Positions 41,610 through 56,083 of a DNA stretch of 64,000 nt are shown here, in pieces. The notes beneath the pieces were generated by a model, which made no database searches, was not told where the DNA came from, and saw only the letters and a program-made list of their open reading frames with translations. Numbering within the stretch: position 1 is the stretch's first letter; each line of letters starts with the position of its first letter. Both the position numbers and the translations under genes were made by a program. Source of the DNA: Eledone cirrhosa (lineage: Eukaryota); the NCBI GenBank assembly GCA_964016885.1, contig OZ024746.1, forward strand, positions 56,234,001-56,298,000, written 5' to 3'.

Positions 41610-41805
41610 ATAGGGCGGTGAATTGGCAGTATCGGTAGAGGGTGGGACGCCATGCTTTCCAGTATAGTTACCTCCCTTTACAGTCTAAGTCCAAATCCCA
41701 CCAAGGTTAACTTTGCCTTTCATCCTTACTGAGTTGATAAAATAAAGTATCCGTAGTGCACAGGGTAATTGCTGGCCTTTTGCCAACAATAGAAACAATT
41801 ATTCT
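41610..41805 (+). mobile_element. tRNA-derived SINE, full length
   Basis: A-box-like TGGCAGTATCGG, degenerate B-box, shared core. Confidence 0.85.
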
Positions 41806-42315
41806 TATTAGTAAAACTACGCAGAAACACCGGCACCTATAATGTTGTCATTGCCTCCGATTTAAGAAGGTCCCCGCTCAGTTTGGTGTTATTACGACAT
41901 TTATGTGCACCTTAAACCTTAGCCCTATCGACCCGCCCAGGATTACGTCTCGCTAAGGCTGGCATCTAGGTAGTTCATAGCAGGGTGTGTAGTTGCAGTT
42001 GACAGAAAAGCAAAATGGTTCGGTACAGGTACCATCCGTCAGATAAGTGCTGATCAGGGTGTATGTTGAGCTTTCGACAGAGGGTTATGATGCAGCGCTA
42101 ACTGTCCTATCCATCAATAAAATTCCCTGATAGTATATGAACGTCAGTCTGTCTCTGAAAACGAACGACAGCGTAACGATTATATAGCAATGGCTATGTA
42201 TAAGCATAACTATATCCGTTCTCACTTGGTCACTCTAACTGCTTTGACCAGTGGCTGGTCAAATATGTAAGGTCCCAATAGGAGAGAGGACAATATATGG
42301 GTGTATGAATTATCT

Positions 42316-42381
<66 letters not shown>

Positions 42382-42563
42382 GTATCCACTGTAAGTTGTG
42401 GGGTGTATTCTGTATGAAGAACTCAATGTAATCCATATGTTGAAAATTATACATAGATCAATAGCTGAGTATAGATACAATGTATTATAACCATCTAGAA
42501 ACGATTGTAAAGCAGTGAAGTATATCTCTAATGACTTGAATTTTTATTTCATTGTTTTAACTC

Positions 42564-42601
<38 letters not shown>

Positions 42602-42703
42602 CTGTGGGTGTAAGTGTGTGTGTGTGTGTGCGTGTGTGCGTGCGTGTATGTGTGTGTTTGTGTATACATTAAATTTAGTAACACACTGTTAATTATATCA
42701 TAA

Positions 42704-42745
42704 TTTAATTTACATGTTTCGTCCTACAGGATTCATCGGATTAAA
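42704..42745 (-). ncRNA. Minimal hammerhead-like motif (U4 to C)
   Basis: TTTAAT-CCGATGA-ATCC TGTA GGAC-GAAA-CATG-TA-AATTAAA; palindromic loop III; stem I needs one bulged A. Confidence 0.7.
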
Positions 42746-42772
42746 TAAGATATAGATACCTCAAAACAGTCA

Positions 42773-44250
42773 TTCTCACACTCACTTTCTCTCTCTCACT
42801 CCACTTCTCACGTCCACTCTCTCTGCCTCACACCCCTTCTCACACTCACTCTCTCTCCCTCACTCTCCTTCTCACACTCACTCTCTCTCTCCCTCACACT
42901 CCTTCTCACACTCACCCTCTCTCCCTCACTCTCCTTCTCACACCCACTCTCTCTCCCTCACACCCTTCTCACACTCACTATCTCTTCCTCACACCCATTC
43001 TCACACTCACACGCTCTCTCTCACTCTCCTTCTCACACTCACACCCCTTCTCACACTCACTCTCTCTCCCTCACTCTCTCTCCCTCACTCTCCTTCTCAC
43101 ACTCACTCTCTCTCCCTCACTCCCCTTCCCACACCCAATCCCTCTCCCTCACTCCCCTTCGCACACTCACGCTCTCTCCTCATTCCCTTTCTCACACTCA
43201 CTCTCTCTCCCTCACACCCCTTCTCACACTCACTCTCTATCTCTCACTCTCCTTCTCACACTCACTCTCTCTCCCTCACACCCCTTCTCACACTCACTCT
43301 CTCTCCCTCACTCTCCTCACACTCACTCTCTCTCCCTCACTGCCCTTCTCACACCCAATCCCTCTCCCTCACTCACCTTCTCACACTCACGCTCTCTCCT
43401 CACTCCCTTTCTCACACTCACTCTCTCTCCCTCGCTCCTCTTCTCACACTCACTCTCTCTCCCTCACACCCATTCTCACACTCACTCTCTATCTCTCACT
43501 CCCCTTCCCACACCCAATCCCTCTCCCTCACTCCCCTTCGCACACTCCCGCTCTCTCCTCATTCCCTTTCTCACACTCACTCTCTCTCCCTCACACCCCT
43601 TCTCACACTCACTCTCTCTCCCTCACTCTCCTCACACTCACTCTCTCTCCCTCACTGCCCTTCTCACACCCAATCCCTCTCCCTCACTCACCTTCTCACA
43701 CTCACGCTCTCTCCTCACTCCCTTTCTCACACTCACTCTCTCTCCCTCGCTCCTCTTCTCACACTCACTCTCTCTCCGTCACACCCATTCTCACACTCAC
43801 TATCTCTCTCTATCACTCCCCTTCTCACACTCACTCTCTCTCTCCCTCACTCCCCTTCTCGCACTCACTCTCTCTCCCTCGCTCCTCTTCTCACACTCAC
43901 TCTCTCTCCCTCACACCCATTCTCACACTCACTCTCTCCCTCCCTCACTCCCCTTCTCACACTCAATCCCTCTCCCTCACTCCCCTTCTCACACTCACTC
44001 TCTCTCCCTCAATCCACTTCTCTCACTCACTCTCTCTCCCTCCCCTTCTTACACACTCTCTCTCTCCTTCGCTCCCCTTCTCACAGTCTCACTCTCTCCC
44101 TCCCTCCTCTTCTCACAATCACCTTATCTCTCTCCCTTCCTCCCCTTCTCACACTCTCCATCTCCCTCCCTCGCCTTATCATACACTTTCTCTCTCTACT
44201 CCCCCCCTTATCACAGTCACTCTCTCTCCATCACTCACTCTCTATACACC
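42773..44250. repeat. C/T-rich minisatellite, ~30 bp unit (CTTCTCACACTCACTCTCTCTCCCTCACTCCC variants)
   Basis: Direct reading; almost no G on the plus strand; higher-order reiteration of variant units. Confidence 0.95.
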
Positions 44251-44659
44251 TTCAATTAAAGTAAATGTCTTAATTGATCCTGTTTTGTTGTCTATGTTTT
44301 CTTGTGATTTAAACTATTTAATGATATGTGTTATATACTCCATATTGTGACAAACACCCGCCTTGCTCATCTATTCATTCATCTGCTATTTCAGTGACTC
44401 TCTCTCGTCTTCTGTGCTTCCATTACCCGTCTCCTTTCCTATTTCGTTCTTATCAAAATACCTTCAACAGCACGCTCCATCTCATCTTCCTAGTCAAGTT
44501 CAGATTATTACTGAGATGAGTAGAAACAGCTGAAGCAATTCACTTCCATAATCTTTTATTATTGCGAGAATGATTTATTCCACACACAAAACCTCCCACA
44601 CCCACCCACACACTCACACTTGCTCACACATTCGCAAATATGTAAACGAATATATGAAT

Positions 44660-44668
44660 ATGTATGTA

Positions 44669-44723
<55 letters not shown>

Positions 44724-44787
44724 ATATATATATATATATAATATAATATATATACATATAATATAATATATGTATATATATATATAC

Positions 44788-44855
<68 letters not shown>

Positions 44856-44876
44856 ATATATATATATATATATATA

Positions 44877-44920
<44 letters not shown>

Positions 44921-44970
44921 GTATATATATATATACATATATTATATTATATGTATATATATATATATAT

Positions 44971-45022
<52 letters not shown>

Positions 45023-45023
45023 G

Positions 45024-45056
<33 letters not shown>

Positions 45057-45061
45057 TATAT

Positions 45062-45093
<32 letters not shown>

Positions 45094-45094
45094 A

Positions 45095-45127
<33 letters not shown>

Positions 45128-45154
45128 CACACACACACAAATATATATATATAC

Positions 45155-45219
<65 letters not shown>

Positions 45220-45230
45220 CATATATATAC
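44660..45230. repeat. (TA)n/(CA)n microsatellite block
   Basis: Direct reading. Confidence 0.95.
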
Positions 45231-46322
45231 TCTCATCTATTTTTCTAAACAGACTTTGTAGAGTTTAATTATATGAAAATAACAATAAACAAGATACAAA
45301 AAGCTATAGATCCCTCTCATTCTATAAACTATGCTGTAATACCTCACACTTGCCTCCGCACACTCAGTTAATGCGTTTCACAATTACACAATACCTGAAA
45401 ACCTTAGCAGTTCTCGATTTGTCACGAATGTTGTATTATATAGCTGCAAGTTCAGTTTAATATCGATGGCATATTGCGTCATATATTCCATATACCATAC
45501 GCCTTACAACATATAACATAAATGCATGCATAGAGTCACATACACACACACACACATAAAATGTGGTAGTAATTATTACATTCTCTATGGATCGTTTCTG
45601 TACCACGTATCAAACTGTGATTATGTAACACCATACCGTCAACATTGAAATTGCACATACTCCTTTTTGGCCCTTTCAGAAACAGATTCATTGGAGTTTC
45701 ATCTCCATATTATATTCACACGTAAAAGGAAGGAATTGAAATATAATTATGAGAGTTAATGAATACATAAGAAATGATGTAACAAAATGTAATCAAATGA
45801 ACATATAAATATCCATGTAAAATGTACTTGAGTGTAGAGGAAAAGTAAAGTGTCGAAGCAAGATCTAGCTACAAACTAACGCCTGGAGATTGTGAGGCGA
45901 GATAGGAGGAACTTAGCGTATATGTAGGAGAAAGATATGTCATGATATGTCGTGACCAGTATCTAGTACTAAGACATGAAAAATACTATTCATTCATGAA
46001 CATGACATTATGTACACAAATATAATATACCAGGGGGGTTTTGTATTCTCATTTGCTTCATACCACGGAAACCAAGATAAGCAACGGAAGTCCGTCTCTA
46101 GTTTAGACGTAGAGTTTGGTGTGGCCAAGACAAACACACACATTCCGACATTTTAAATTGTTATATAAATGCATCCGTTTTCTTCTTTAAGTGGACGCAC
46201 AATTGAACTGACCATTAGGTCATATGAACTTCAAATAATGTGGCAGCGACATATGTCACATGGAGGCACGATATAGAAAACCAAAACTAAATAAATAAAA
46301 CAAAAAGGAAAAAAACCGAGCA

Positions 46323-46430
46323 AATAATTGCTTCTACTTTTGGCACAAGGTCAGCAATTTCTCCAGTACATTACTGGTACTTATTTTATCGACCCCATAA
46401 GGATGAAAGGCAAAGTTACCCTCGGCGGAA
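46323..46430 (-). mobile_element. tRNA-derived SINE, 3' half
   Basis: Reverse complement of the SINE core. Confidence 0.85.
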
Positions 46431-46485
46431 AACATTGTGATTATATAGTTTTAAAGAAAGCGCAGAAATGCTGTAAAGATAGTTA

Positions 46486-46645
46486 ATAAAATAGGGTGCA
46501 CAACCTTAAAAGACGAAAAAAAAATTGCCAACGACCGCTTTGGGAAATTAAACCCCAAATTTTCCAAATATATGGGGTTCAATTAATCATAGCGGTCGTT
46601 GGCAAATTCTTTTTCCGTCGTTTAAGAATGTTCACCCTATTTTAT
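46486..46645. mobile_element. Hairpin MITE-like element (~160 bp imperfect palindrome)
   Basis: ATAAAATAGGGTG...CACCCTATTTTAT termini; AATTGCCAACGACCGCT / AGCGGTCGTTGGCAAATT internal arms. Confidence 0.75.
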
Positions 46646-48067
46646 AAACAATCTATATACTATTTCTGCGCTTGGGGAATGTCCTTGTACTCTTATGATT
46701 AAATATATATCATTAGTTGTTTGTAGCGGAAACTATAAGAATAAGAAATATTAAAAGAAGTGTTTGTCAAATGATGGAATAAACGAAGCCGGTGTGGAAG
46801 GATATTATATAGATATTTAATGAAATGCATAAAGCAGGAACGACGATAAAGGTTTCAGATGTATATATACAAATATATACACGGCCCTATTTCCATTCTT
46901 CTATATACACACGTGCACACATGAACCCTCGAACAAACACGGATTTTTTCATTTGCGTATGTGAGGGGAAAATATGCACACGTTAATCACAAATATGGAT
47001 GCGTAATCTCAAAATTACACAACCAGCATTACCTACGTTCTTTGAGAACATTTAAGTGGTCATGTAACCATATGTCATCTATTAAATAGTTACTTAATTA
47101 TTTAGTTAAATATAATTGTTAGTGGTATACATAGCACACTATCGTCTATAGAAGCGTCTCTATGTTATTGAGACAAACAGTTGTTATCCGATTATATTCT
47201 ATTTTTACTATATAGTCACGAAGGATCCGTTAGAACTTGTGGGTGCAATATATCACTAATTCATGATTTCTATTCAAGAAAGAAGGGTCCGAAATAATAA
47301 TCTGGAGGATATAATTGGAACACGTTGCTTATGTATTGATTCTGCCAGTCCCCAATTTCATTTACATGGTTATTCGACGCTACACAGCTTTCTATTTAAA
47401 ATTGATTTCATATCATCAAGCGAGACAAAATCTATAGTTCTGGCCTTTCATCTTTTATTTATCACTGAGATAGCAGGTGCCTCTCTCAATGTGACACCAT
47501 TACAATCTTTTCTTGTACTTGAACGTCTCATTATTTGTGATTTCACTCCTTAGATGTGGTCCTTTTCATTCCCTTAAGAGAGATCACATCTGTTTTATGT
47601 TCTGTCTCTTTCTTGCCTGTCTGATATTATAATTATTTGACGCCTAGTCTATACTGTCACTAGTCTATTTTGAGGATGCTTGTTTCTCTGGCATTCAAAA
47701 GTTACAGTGGCATATTATAGATGTGTCCACTTAACACCCATACTCTCAAGACAATTACGCACCACGTGCATTACGACGGGCAGATATTTTCTTGGAAGTC
47801 TTTAAATCAACAGGTTGCTTAAAGCAAAAGAATCTTACAGATGTCGTAGTTATATAATTCAGTAAATTTGTTTTATGACGCGTATACGCGAAAACATAAG
47901 AATTTCTACTGCATCAACTGGTGCAACTCCTTGTTGCCGGGAAGTGTGCCGCATAAGCATTTACTCTATTGTGAGATTCAGTTTGTTATTTTAGTCTTTG
48001 TTCTGTTATGTATGTTATGTGGAATGTGTTTTGTGTTAATTTATTATTATTATTATTATTAATATTA

Positions 48068-48260
48068 TAGGGCGTTGGTTTGGGAGTATCGGTAGAGCGT
48101 CATACACTATGTTTTGCAGCATAGAGTTATGGCCCTTTACGTTCAGATTTCAAATCCCGCCGAGGTTAATTTTCCCTTTCCTTATTATGGGGGAGATAAA
48201 ATAAAGCACCAGTAATGTACTGGGATATTGCTGGCCTTGTGCCAAAAGTAGAAACATTAT
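48068..48260 (+). mobile_element. tRNA-derived SINE, full length, (ATT)n tail
   Basis: Same family as 41610 and 51417. Confidence 0.85.
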
Positions 48261-48459
48261 TATTATTATTATTATTGTTATTATTATTCAATTTGATTTT
48301 TATTGGTATTGCTTGCTATTAATGCATTTCCGAAAACATATCTGTGCGCTTTGGGTATTTGCAGTGTTGTATTTAATGGGTTTTTATTTCTATTGAATTG
48401 AGTGTACTCGTAATATATGCATAGTGCTATTCTCTATACACAGTATAAACGTATGTGCA

Positions 48460-48840
48460 AGAATTACAAGAGCCGGTGTAGTATTGCAGCCGCTTCAGCA
48501 TTCCATAAGAGACTTAGGTGTAAAAAATGAAACTCTCTATCTTCAATTCGCTATCCGTGCCAACCCTTTCCTCTCGCCATGAATTTTGGGTAATGAGCGA
48601 AAGAATACAATCGCGAAAACAAGTGGCCGAAATGGGATACCTCCGAAGGGCCTTCAAAACAACGTTACTCTATAGAGTGCGTAGCTCGTCGATCAGGGAG
48701 CCTCCCCAGGTAGAGCTCCTACTTCTCCGAATAAAGTGATCGCAGCTCTGACACAATGGGCATATGGTTACAATGTTTCAGGAAAGAATCACTGGACAAA
48801 TTTTATGGGCAAAACCAACAAACCAACCAACCGGCAGATT
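48460..48840 (+). mobile_element. RTE/Expander-like LINE 3' fragment
   Basis: KLSIFNSLSVPTL..HEFWVMSERIQSRKQVAEMGYLRR. Confidence 0.75.
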
Positions 48841-49419
48841 TGTTCAGTATGCCAATTCTCTTAAAGAAATCACTATTTTGTCTAGAATCTTCAAAGATCG
48901 AGAAATGTGGGATAGTATCATGTTTTTTTTATACTTATCCACGCAATTCCAAAATTCGTCTCCGCATCCACCACCACCTACGTAACCAGTACCACCATTG
49001 TAGACAGCAAGTCTACCGTAGCCAACAATAATAACACAAACAAACAACATCAATAACGCAACGACAACAGAAATAGCAAAAGCAACCATAGAAACGACGA
49101 AAATAACAACAGCTATTACAAAAAAAACACAGCAGTAAGAGTGGCAGCAATTAAAACGATCACACCAGCCACAGGATCAACGGCAATGCCAACAAGAGTA
49201 GCAGAAGCTACAGCAGCTGAAGCAACGACAACAACAACACTAACAACAATTGCAACAACAAAATCATATTCACAGCTACGGCTGCTAAAACAACAGAACG
49301 ATTTCATTTTGACATAACTAGAAGAGAGGCAGCCGAACTATTAAATATCGATAACACTTGGACGAACATAATTGTTCCACTTGATGTGTTGGCAGTAATG
49401 AAGAGAAAGACACGCGTTT

Positions 49420-49700
49420 ATAGTGGTATTGGCATTAAGTCCACAAACCCATAGCTGACCCTACTATACCAGTTGTAGTCTGCTAAAGGCTTAATGCAAG
49501 AAATTGAATACGTAGCAGGGTCCAAAGAGTTCGGGGGCATCTCAGAGCTCTTCAATAGCGATGCCTTTGCAAAAAGCACTCTATGCTCCCCTGCAAGAAT
49601 GTCCAACTTGTTTTGTTTCACTCTCACATAGGAAGAACTTTGAAGATCCCCATTACTGGGGTCCCGCCAGAAATAAACATCTGCTGGATTATAGCATGCT
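49420..49700 (-). mobile_element. Possible degraded LINE APE N-terminal fragment
   Basis: KLDILAG-EHRVL resembles ILAIQEHRIL of the element at 44-352. Confidence 0.4.
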
Positions 49701-50889
49701 TAGTGTTAGAGTCAAGTGAAAAGCTGCTCAAGATAAAGAGGACACGGTGGAAGACCTGACCTTAGGTCAGTTTGAAGAATCTTCTCAAATATCAAATCAG
49801 TGAAGACTGAAAATATTCCAGATGTAAGTTAAATGAGCAAATCTCAGAAATGTTATACTTTATCTAGATTTCACACATTCCTTCCGTACTCTGAAACAAT
49901 ACTACCAAACTATCTTAAATATTTCTGTGATCCAAGCAAATGTGCACATATAAGTGTCAGTGACTCGAAACTAGTTTTATAGCTACTAATTTCAATTTCT
50001 TAAGGTCGGTAAAGCCAAGAGCCTAGCTTTTGATTAACGTTAATTTATATAATATATGACTGAAAAATAATATTTAACTCTATACCTATGATAATGACAT
50101 AGGTTAGCACATCTGCTACCCGAGTGTCTGTTGCCAACGTTGTGTAACAATATTTAGAGCGTGCGGAATAAGGCTAACAATAGAGATATATTTAATGATC
50201 TGGTTAGTCTAGATGGGCTAAACACTGAAATATTAATGACCATGCAGCACGCTCATTAAGAGGCACTATTCCTTCCTTAGATAGGTTGGTGCTCACATTT
50301 TACAGCAAGGAGTGAAAATTTACAGCAAGGAGAGAAAATAATGCATTGAGACAAAGAAACGTCATATATTAGGGGAAAGTAATCACGTTCCAATTATTAA
50401 CAATTTTGAACATTGTATCCTTGTTAAAATCACCTAAATACACACTACGTAGTCGTTTCTCTCAGCCACAACATTACTAGAATCACGCCGAGAATATTTT
50501 ATATATTTATATATTTATATATTTATATATTTATATATTTATATATTTCAATTTCCGTTCATGGTCTATACAACAATGGCTGCGTTGGAAATATATAAAG
50601 ACTAATTGTTAAACATAATTATCATGAAAATCTTTGTTAGACGTCAGATTTGTTTGTCACTTGTCACGGTCTTAGACAGATAATTGTCCGTTATGACACT
50701 TCGTCAATCATATACATTTTTCAACATTAATGTTGCCAGATATGTATGTATGTTATACGGATCATAGCGAGAAGTGGAACCACACGATAGTGCTAATTTT
50801 TATTCATATGATGAATACAACTTCCAGATATGAAAAATGTTATGCGATTCGATCTGACACATAACATATGCACACACTCACACACAAAC

Positions 50890-50943
<54 letters not shown>

Positions 50944-51416
50944 GCATACATGCATACATACATATATACATGCATGCATACAAAAATACATACATGCATA
51001 GAAAAATACATACATACACATATAAATACATATATACATACATATTCATACACGAATATATATCTGTGTGAGCGTGAGAAGGAGAGAGAGTTTAAATAAT
51101 TGCGATAAATAATTATGGTAGACCATATATGTAATAAGTTAAGGGTGCACTTAAATATATCTTATTCATATAAAATTAGATTTGTGGCATGGTATTTGAA
51201 TGGCATAAAATCAGTGTAGATTGTGAAGCAACAATGAGTTGTAAACAGCAAATGCATAGAAAATATTGTCAAGCAAAATAAGCGCAACAAAATGTAGGTG
51301 AGTGTTAAAGAAACAAATTGTTGTTTCCCGGCGTGAAATACGCTACTTTCTTCCTCTCTCAAAAATCTGCCATGCGTCCTCGAGGCCTGGTTTTTACTAT
51401 TATTATTATCGGTAGA

Positions 51417-51810
51417 TAGGGCGGTGGATTGGCAGTATCGGACGCCATGCTTTCCAGCATAGTTACGTCCCTTTACGATCTGAGTTCAAATCCCGCCGAG
51501 GTTTACTTTGCCTTTCATCCTTACGGTGTCGATAAAATAAAGTACCAGTAATGCACTGGATATTTTCTGGCCTTGTGCCTAAAGTAGAAACAATTATTAT
51601 TATTATTTTTTTTTTTTTTTTGGCAGTGTCGGTAGAGGGTCGGACGCCCTGCTTTGCTACATATAGTTACGGCACTTTATGATCTGAGTTCAAATCCTGC
51701 CGAGGATAACTTTGCCTTTCATCCCTACGGGATCGATAACATAAAGTACCAGTCAAGCACTGGGGTTGAATTAATCGACTTTCCCCTCCCCCAAAATATC
51801 TGGCCTTGTT
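51417..51810 (+). mobile_element. Two adjacent tRNA-derived SINE copies (51417-51600, 51621-51810)
   Basis: A-box-like TGGCAGTATCGG / TGGCAGTGTCGG, B-box GAGTTCAAATCC, shared core. Confidence 0.88.
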
Positions 51811-53349
51811 GTTAATATTAGGTTGCGTCATCGAGGACAAAGTGTCTTCGGCGCCGGGAAATACGGTAATATTAAATACTCACAATGGACTTATTTTTGT
51901 TTCGTCTATTAGCAATCCTATCTTTCGATGAAACGAAAACTATACTCATTAACCTAATGTGCAAAAGGCTGAGTAATCCAGCGCTATGTGCATGTATATT
52001 GTAATTCTCATGACAAAATATTTAGGTAAGCCTCACTCATTGAATTAAATATACTGTCCATCCGTAAGGCTCCACGCATTTTGTTCTCCTCCTAAGTTAA
52101 CTTATACTGCTTTGGTTGACGTAAAATACATTTTTTCACGTTGATCTGTAACGTAACAGGAACTAACTATGACACTTATGGGTGGGAAATGAACAATGCT
52201 GCCCCCACAAATATTTATCTGGAAGTAAGTAGAGTAAGTAATAATATAAGGATGTTTCTTCTATAGGTTAAAACTGGAATAAATTTGGAGAGATATTCAT
52301 AGAAGCTAAATCAGTATATAAAAAGCAAAGTCCTCAACCAATTCAACCTAAACTGAAAGCAATCAATAAATTAGTTCTTCAAATGAAATAGAGGAACGTA
52401 TAATTGTAGATTGAGAAATGTTTCGTTATATTAAATATGGGGTAAGGTTTCACCTATTAATAAGGAACAATAAAGGAATTACACATTTAATAACGTATTA
52501 GAAGGATCGATGAGAGTTAATTAGACTAAGTAAAAAATAAAAAAAATGATATTCGAGGTAATATTAAAGAAAGATTAAAAATGAGGATTATAATATGAAT
52601 ATAATTGTGTGTTTGTATATAAGTGAATAGTTAGAAGATAATTATGTTAAATACAATATAGAATAATTGATTATAGTTCAGTGTTAAGATCACGAGAATA
52701 TGAAATAAACTTAACAAAAGTGTAAGCTAAAGAGGAATTGAGATTAATATTTAAAGGAATGGCAGAATAGGGGAATAAAGATTTCAGAATTAATATTCAA
52801 TTTAAAGTAAATGCTAATTGAAATAACTAACGCAAGGGTGAACGTGGTGTTAGATTTAGAATTAGAAGAGAGACCTGGGAGATAGGATATGTGTAGCATA
52901 AACATAGTATTAGAAATAGCGTCATGATAATAAAATGCAATGTAATCCTATAGTGATATGAATGCGTAAGACACTAGGAAATTATCATCTCATAGTTTAA
53001 ATGGTTCAAATATTGTCATGAGGAGCAATTAAGATATGCATCAGGTAATGTATTTGTTAATAGCTACAAAGATAGTTCTGAACAATAGACTACTACTTAT
53101 TGCACCACTTTTGATTTTTAATTATTTGAGGATGAAAGGTAAGTTTAACTTTCAATGTATACGACTTACCTAAACTATTATAAAAAAAATCAATTGAAAG
53201 TAATATTAATGTTTCTTTTTAATTGGCATAAAAAATAAGGAAATTAATTTTAAAATGTTACTATAGTTTCCTATAGTAAGGATTATACCGCATTTCAATG
53301 GATTACATGCATGTATGTCACACTGAGGCACACACGCAAAGACACACGC

Positions 53350-53477
<128 letters not shown>

Positions 53478-53517
53478 ATTTCTGTGTGTGTGTGTGAGTG
53501 TGAATGCACGTGGAATA

Positions 53518-53712
53518 GAGGGTTCGATTCCTGGGTTGCGATTTGTGTTCCTGAGCAAAACACTTCCTGTCATATTGTTCCAGTAAACTCAGTTGGAAAT
53601 GAGTACCAGCAATATCTGGAGGTTTAACACGGCAATGGACTGGCGTCCTGTCCAGTGGAGTGTCTTGTACTCTCAGTCGCTTCACGCCATGAAACGGCAT
53701 AAACCTTCTGGC
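53518..53712 (+). mobile_element. SINE of a second family
   Basis: B-box GGTTCGATTCC; GTGTTCCTGAGCAAAACACTT; ATGGACTGGCGTCCTGTCCAG. Confidence 0.65.
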
Positions 53713-53746
53713 TTAATTCACACACACACACACACACACACACACC

Positions 53747-53805
<59 letters not shown>

Positions 53806-54079
53806 GGGAAAAATGAAACGAAATTTCATTTCCCACTCTTAGTACAGCTGTTACTTAAATATAAGTATGTACACGTACATACGTATATGTATACAGCCGT
53901 ACAGTAGTATGCATATATATACATACATACATGCACACACATATATATATATATATATGTACGTATGGATTTACCGAACATTTATTATAATGCTCGGTGT
54001 GTTTGTAAACAAACATCCCGTATTAAGTCGTAGTGTCTAGCAACCATCGTTGCTCGTTTGTTCAACACTGACAAAGGAA

Positions 54080-54120
54080 CGCTGTACTAGTTTCACGCTT
54101 ATTAGCTATCATCAGCAACG
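54080..54120 (-). ncRNA. Minimal type I hammerhead, family B (core intact)
   Basis: CGTTG-CTGATGA-TAGCT AATA AGCGT-GAAA-CTAG-TA-CAGCG. Confidence 0.85.
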
Positions 54121-54535
54121 TATACCTTCCTGCCAGATTATTGAACCTATATACTTACCTCATGCATATTAACGGCTGAGTAGCCCAATCTGCATATCGA
54201 GTGGGTTAATCGGCCGAGTGCACCGAGAACGATAAATGGAAAAAATGAAACGAAATTTCATTTCCCACTCTTAGTACAACTGTTACGTAAACATAAGTAT
54301 GCACACGTACATACATATATGTATACAGACGTACAGTAGTATGTATATATATATACATACATGCACATATATATATATATATATGTGTACGTATGGATTC
54401 ACCGAACATTTATTATAATGCTCGGTGTGTTTGTAAACAAACATCCCGTATTAAGGAGATATGCAGATTGGGCTACTCACCCGTTAATATGCATAAGGTA
54501 AGTATATACGTTCAACAATCTGGCAGGAAGGTATA

Positions 54536-54576
54536 CGTTGCTGACGATAGCTAATTAGATTGAAACTAGTACAGCG
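54536..54576 (+). ncRNA. Minimal type I hammerhead, family B (core intact, stem II eroded)
   Basis: CGTTG-CTGACGA-TAGCTAATTAGATT-GAAA-CTAG-TA-CAGCG. Confidence 0.8.
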
Positions 54577-54732
54577 TTCCTTTGTCAGTGTTGAACAAAC
54601 GAGCAACGATGGTTGCTAGACACTACGGCTTAATACGGGATGTTTGTTTACAAACACACCGAGCATTATAATAAATGTTCGATGAATTCATACGTACATA
54701 TATATATTTGTGTGCATGTATATATATATACA

Positions 54733-54770
<38 letters not shown>

Positions 54771-54999
54771 TTAGAAACACACAGATACATGCGGACACAC
54801 ACATACATGAATGCATCCGCACCCAACCGTGAGTTAAGGGTGCCAACTTCACCGATGTTGCTCAATGAATGACTGGGACATACCAATCCGGTTGAACTAG
54901 ACTGAACCAATATCAGAGTTAAAAATACATTATGAAGAGAGAAGAGACATTTAGATATAATTAGTAATAAAATGTATCATACCTAAACTGCTCCTAGAT

Positions 55000-55089
55000 T
55001 CCTCGACTACGTAGTTTCGTGGCATAAACAAAAACAATATATCATAAAGATATAGAGTCCTTGCGAGGTTTGCCGACTTATCAAGAGGA
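55000..55089 (-). ncRNA. Type I hammerhead with U3-A8 core and long stem II, family C (intact)
   Basis: TCCTC-TTGATAA-GTCGGCAAAC...GTTTATGCCAC-GAAA-CTACGTAG-TC-GAGGA; perfect stem I, palindromic stem III, GUC site. Confidence 0.85.
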
Positions 55090-56083
55090 TACCTCATTTT
55101 ACTAGTCTCAAGATCGCGTCTACACGACGTGAGAAAGAATCCCAAAAGGCGGAGGGGGAGATAGTCACGCGATATAACGGTCGAGAAACAGAGCTAAGCC
55201 TCTTATAACCCCGAAGAAAATACCACGGAGGCGGAGGGGGTATTTATATCGAAGCCGTAGAAGAGGTGGTGAAGGGGGCGAGAAGTATGAGTAATGGAAG
55301 CTTTCCAGCAGTCCCCACACTTCAAAGATTGCTCGACCAGAGGGAGTTATTAACAATATATTTAGAAATACACAGATACATGCGGACATACACATATACA
55401 TGAATGCATCCGCACCCAACCGTGAGTTAAGGGTGCCAACTTCACCGATGTTGCTCAATGAATGACTGGGACAGACCAATCCGGTTGAACTAGACTGAAC
55501 CAGTATCAGAGTTAAAAAAGGACTCTATATCTTTATGATATATTGTTTTTGTTTATGCCACGAAACTACGTAGTCGAGGAATCTAGGAGCAGTTTAGGTA
55601 TGTTACATTGTATTACTAATTATATCTAAATGTTTCTTCTCTCTTCATAATGTATTTTTAACTCTGATACTGGTTCAGTCTAGTTCAACCGGATTTGTCT
55701 GTCCCAGTCATTCATTGAGCAACATCGGTGAAGTTGGCACCCTTAACTCACGGTTGGGTGCGGATGCATTCATGTATATGTGTGTGTCCGCATGTATCTG
55801 TGTGTTTCTAAATATATTGTTAATAACTCCCTCTGGTCGAGCAATCTTTGAAGTGTGGGGACTGCTGGGAAGCTTCCATTACTCATACTTCTCGTCTCCT
55901 TCACCACCTCTTCTACGGCTTCGATATAAATACCCCCTCCGCCTCCGTGGTATTTTCTTCAGGGTTATAAGAGGCTTAGCTCTGTTTCTCGACCGTTATA
56001 TCGCGTGGCTATCTCCCCCTCCGCCTTTTGGGACTCTTTCTCACGTCGTGTAGACGCGTTCTTGAGACTAGTAAAATGAGGTA

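Larger units (their letters stand above)
53802..54763. mobile_element. Family B HHR retroelement, copy 2: ~1.5 monomers on minus + inverted partial monomer on plus
   Basis: Direct repeat with period about 432 (53836 vs 54268); inversion junction at about 54456; close match to 20717-21733. Confidence 0.87.

Noticed and set aside
42773-44250. CRISPR-like or coding repeat array
   Set aside because: Low-complexity tandem units with no unique spacers, in a eukaryotic context
41610-51810. tRNA genes suggested by A/B boxes
   Set aside because: The boxes belong to SINE heads followed by the shared SINE core; no cloverleaf
52060-53100. Purine-skewed AT-rich segment, possibly an ancient retroelement
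   Set aside because: No protein motif recoverable by eye
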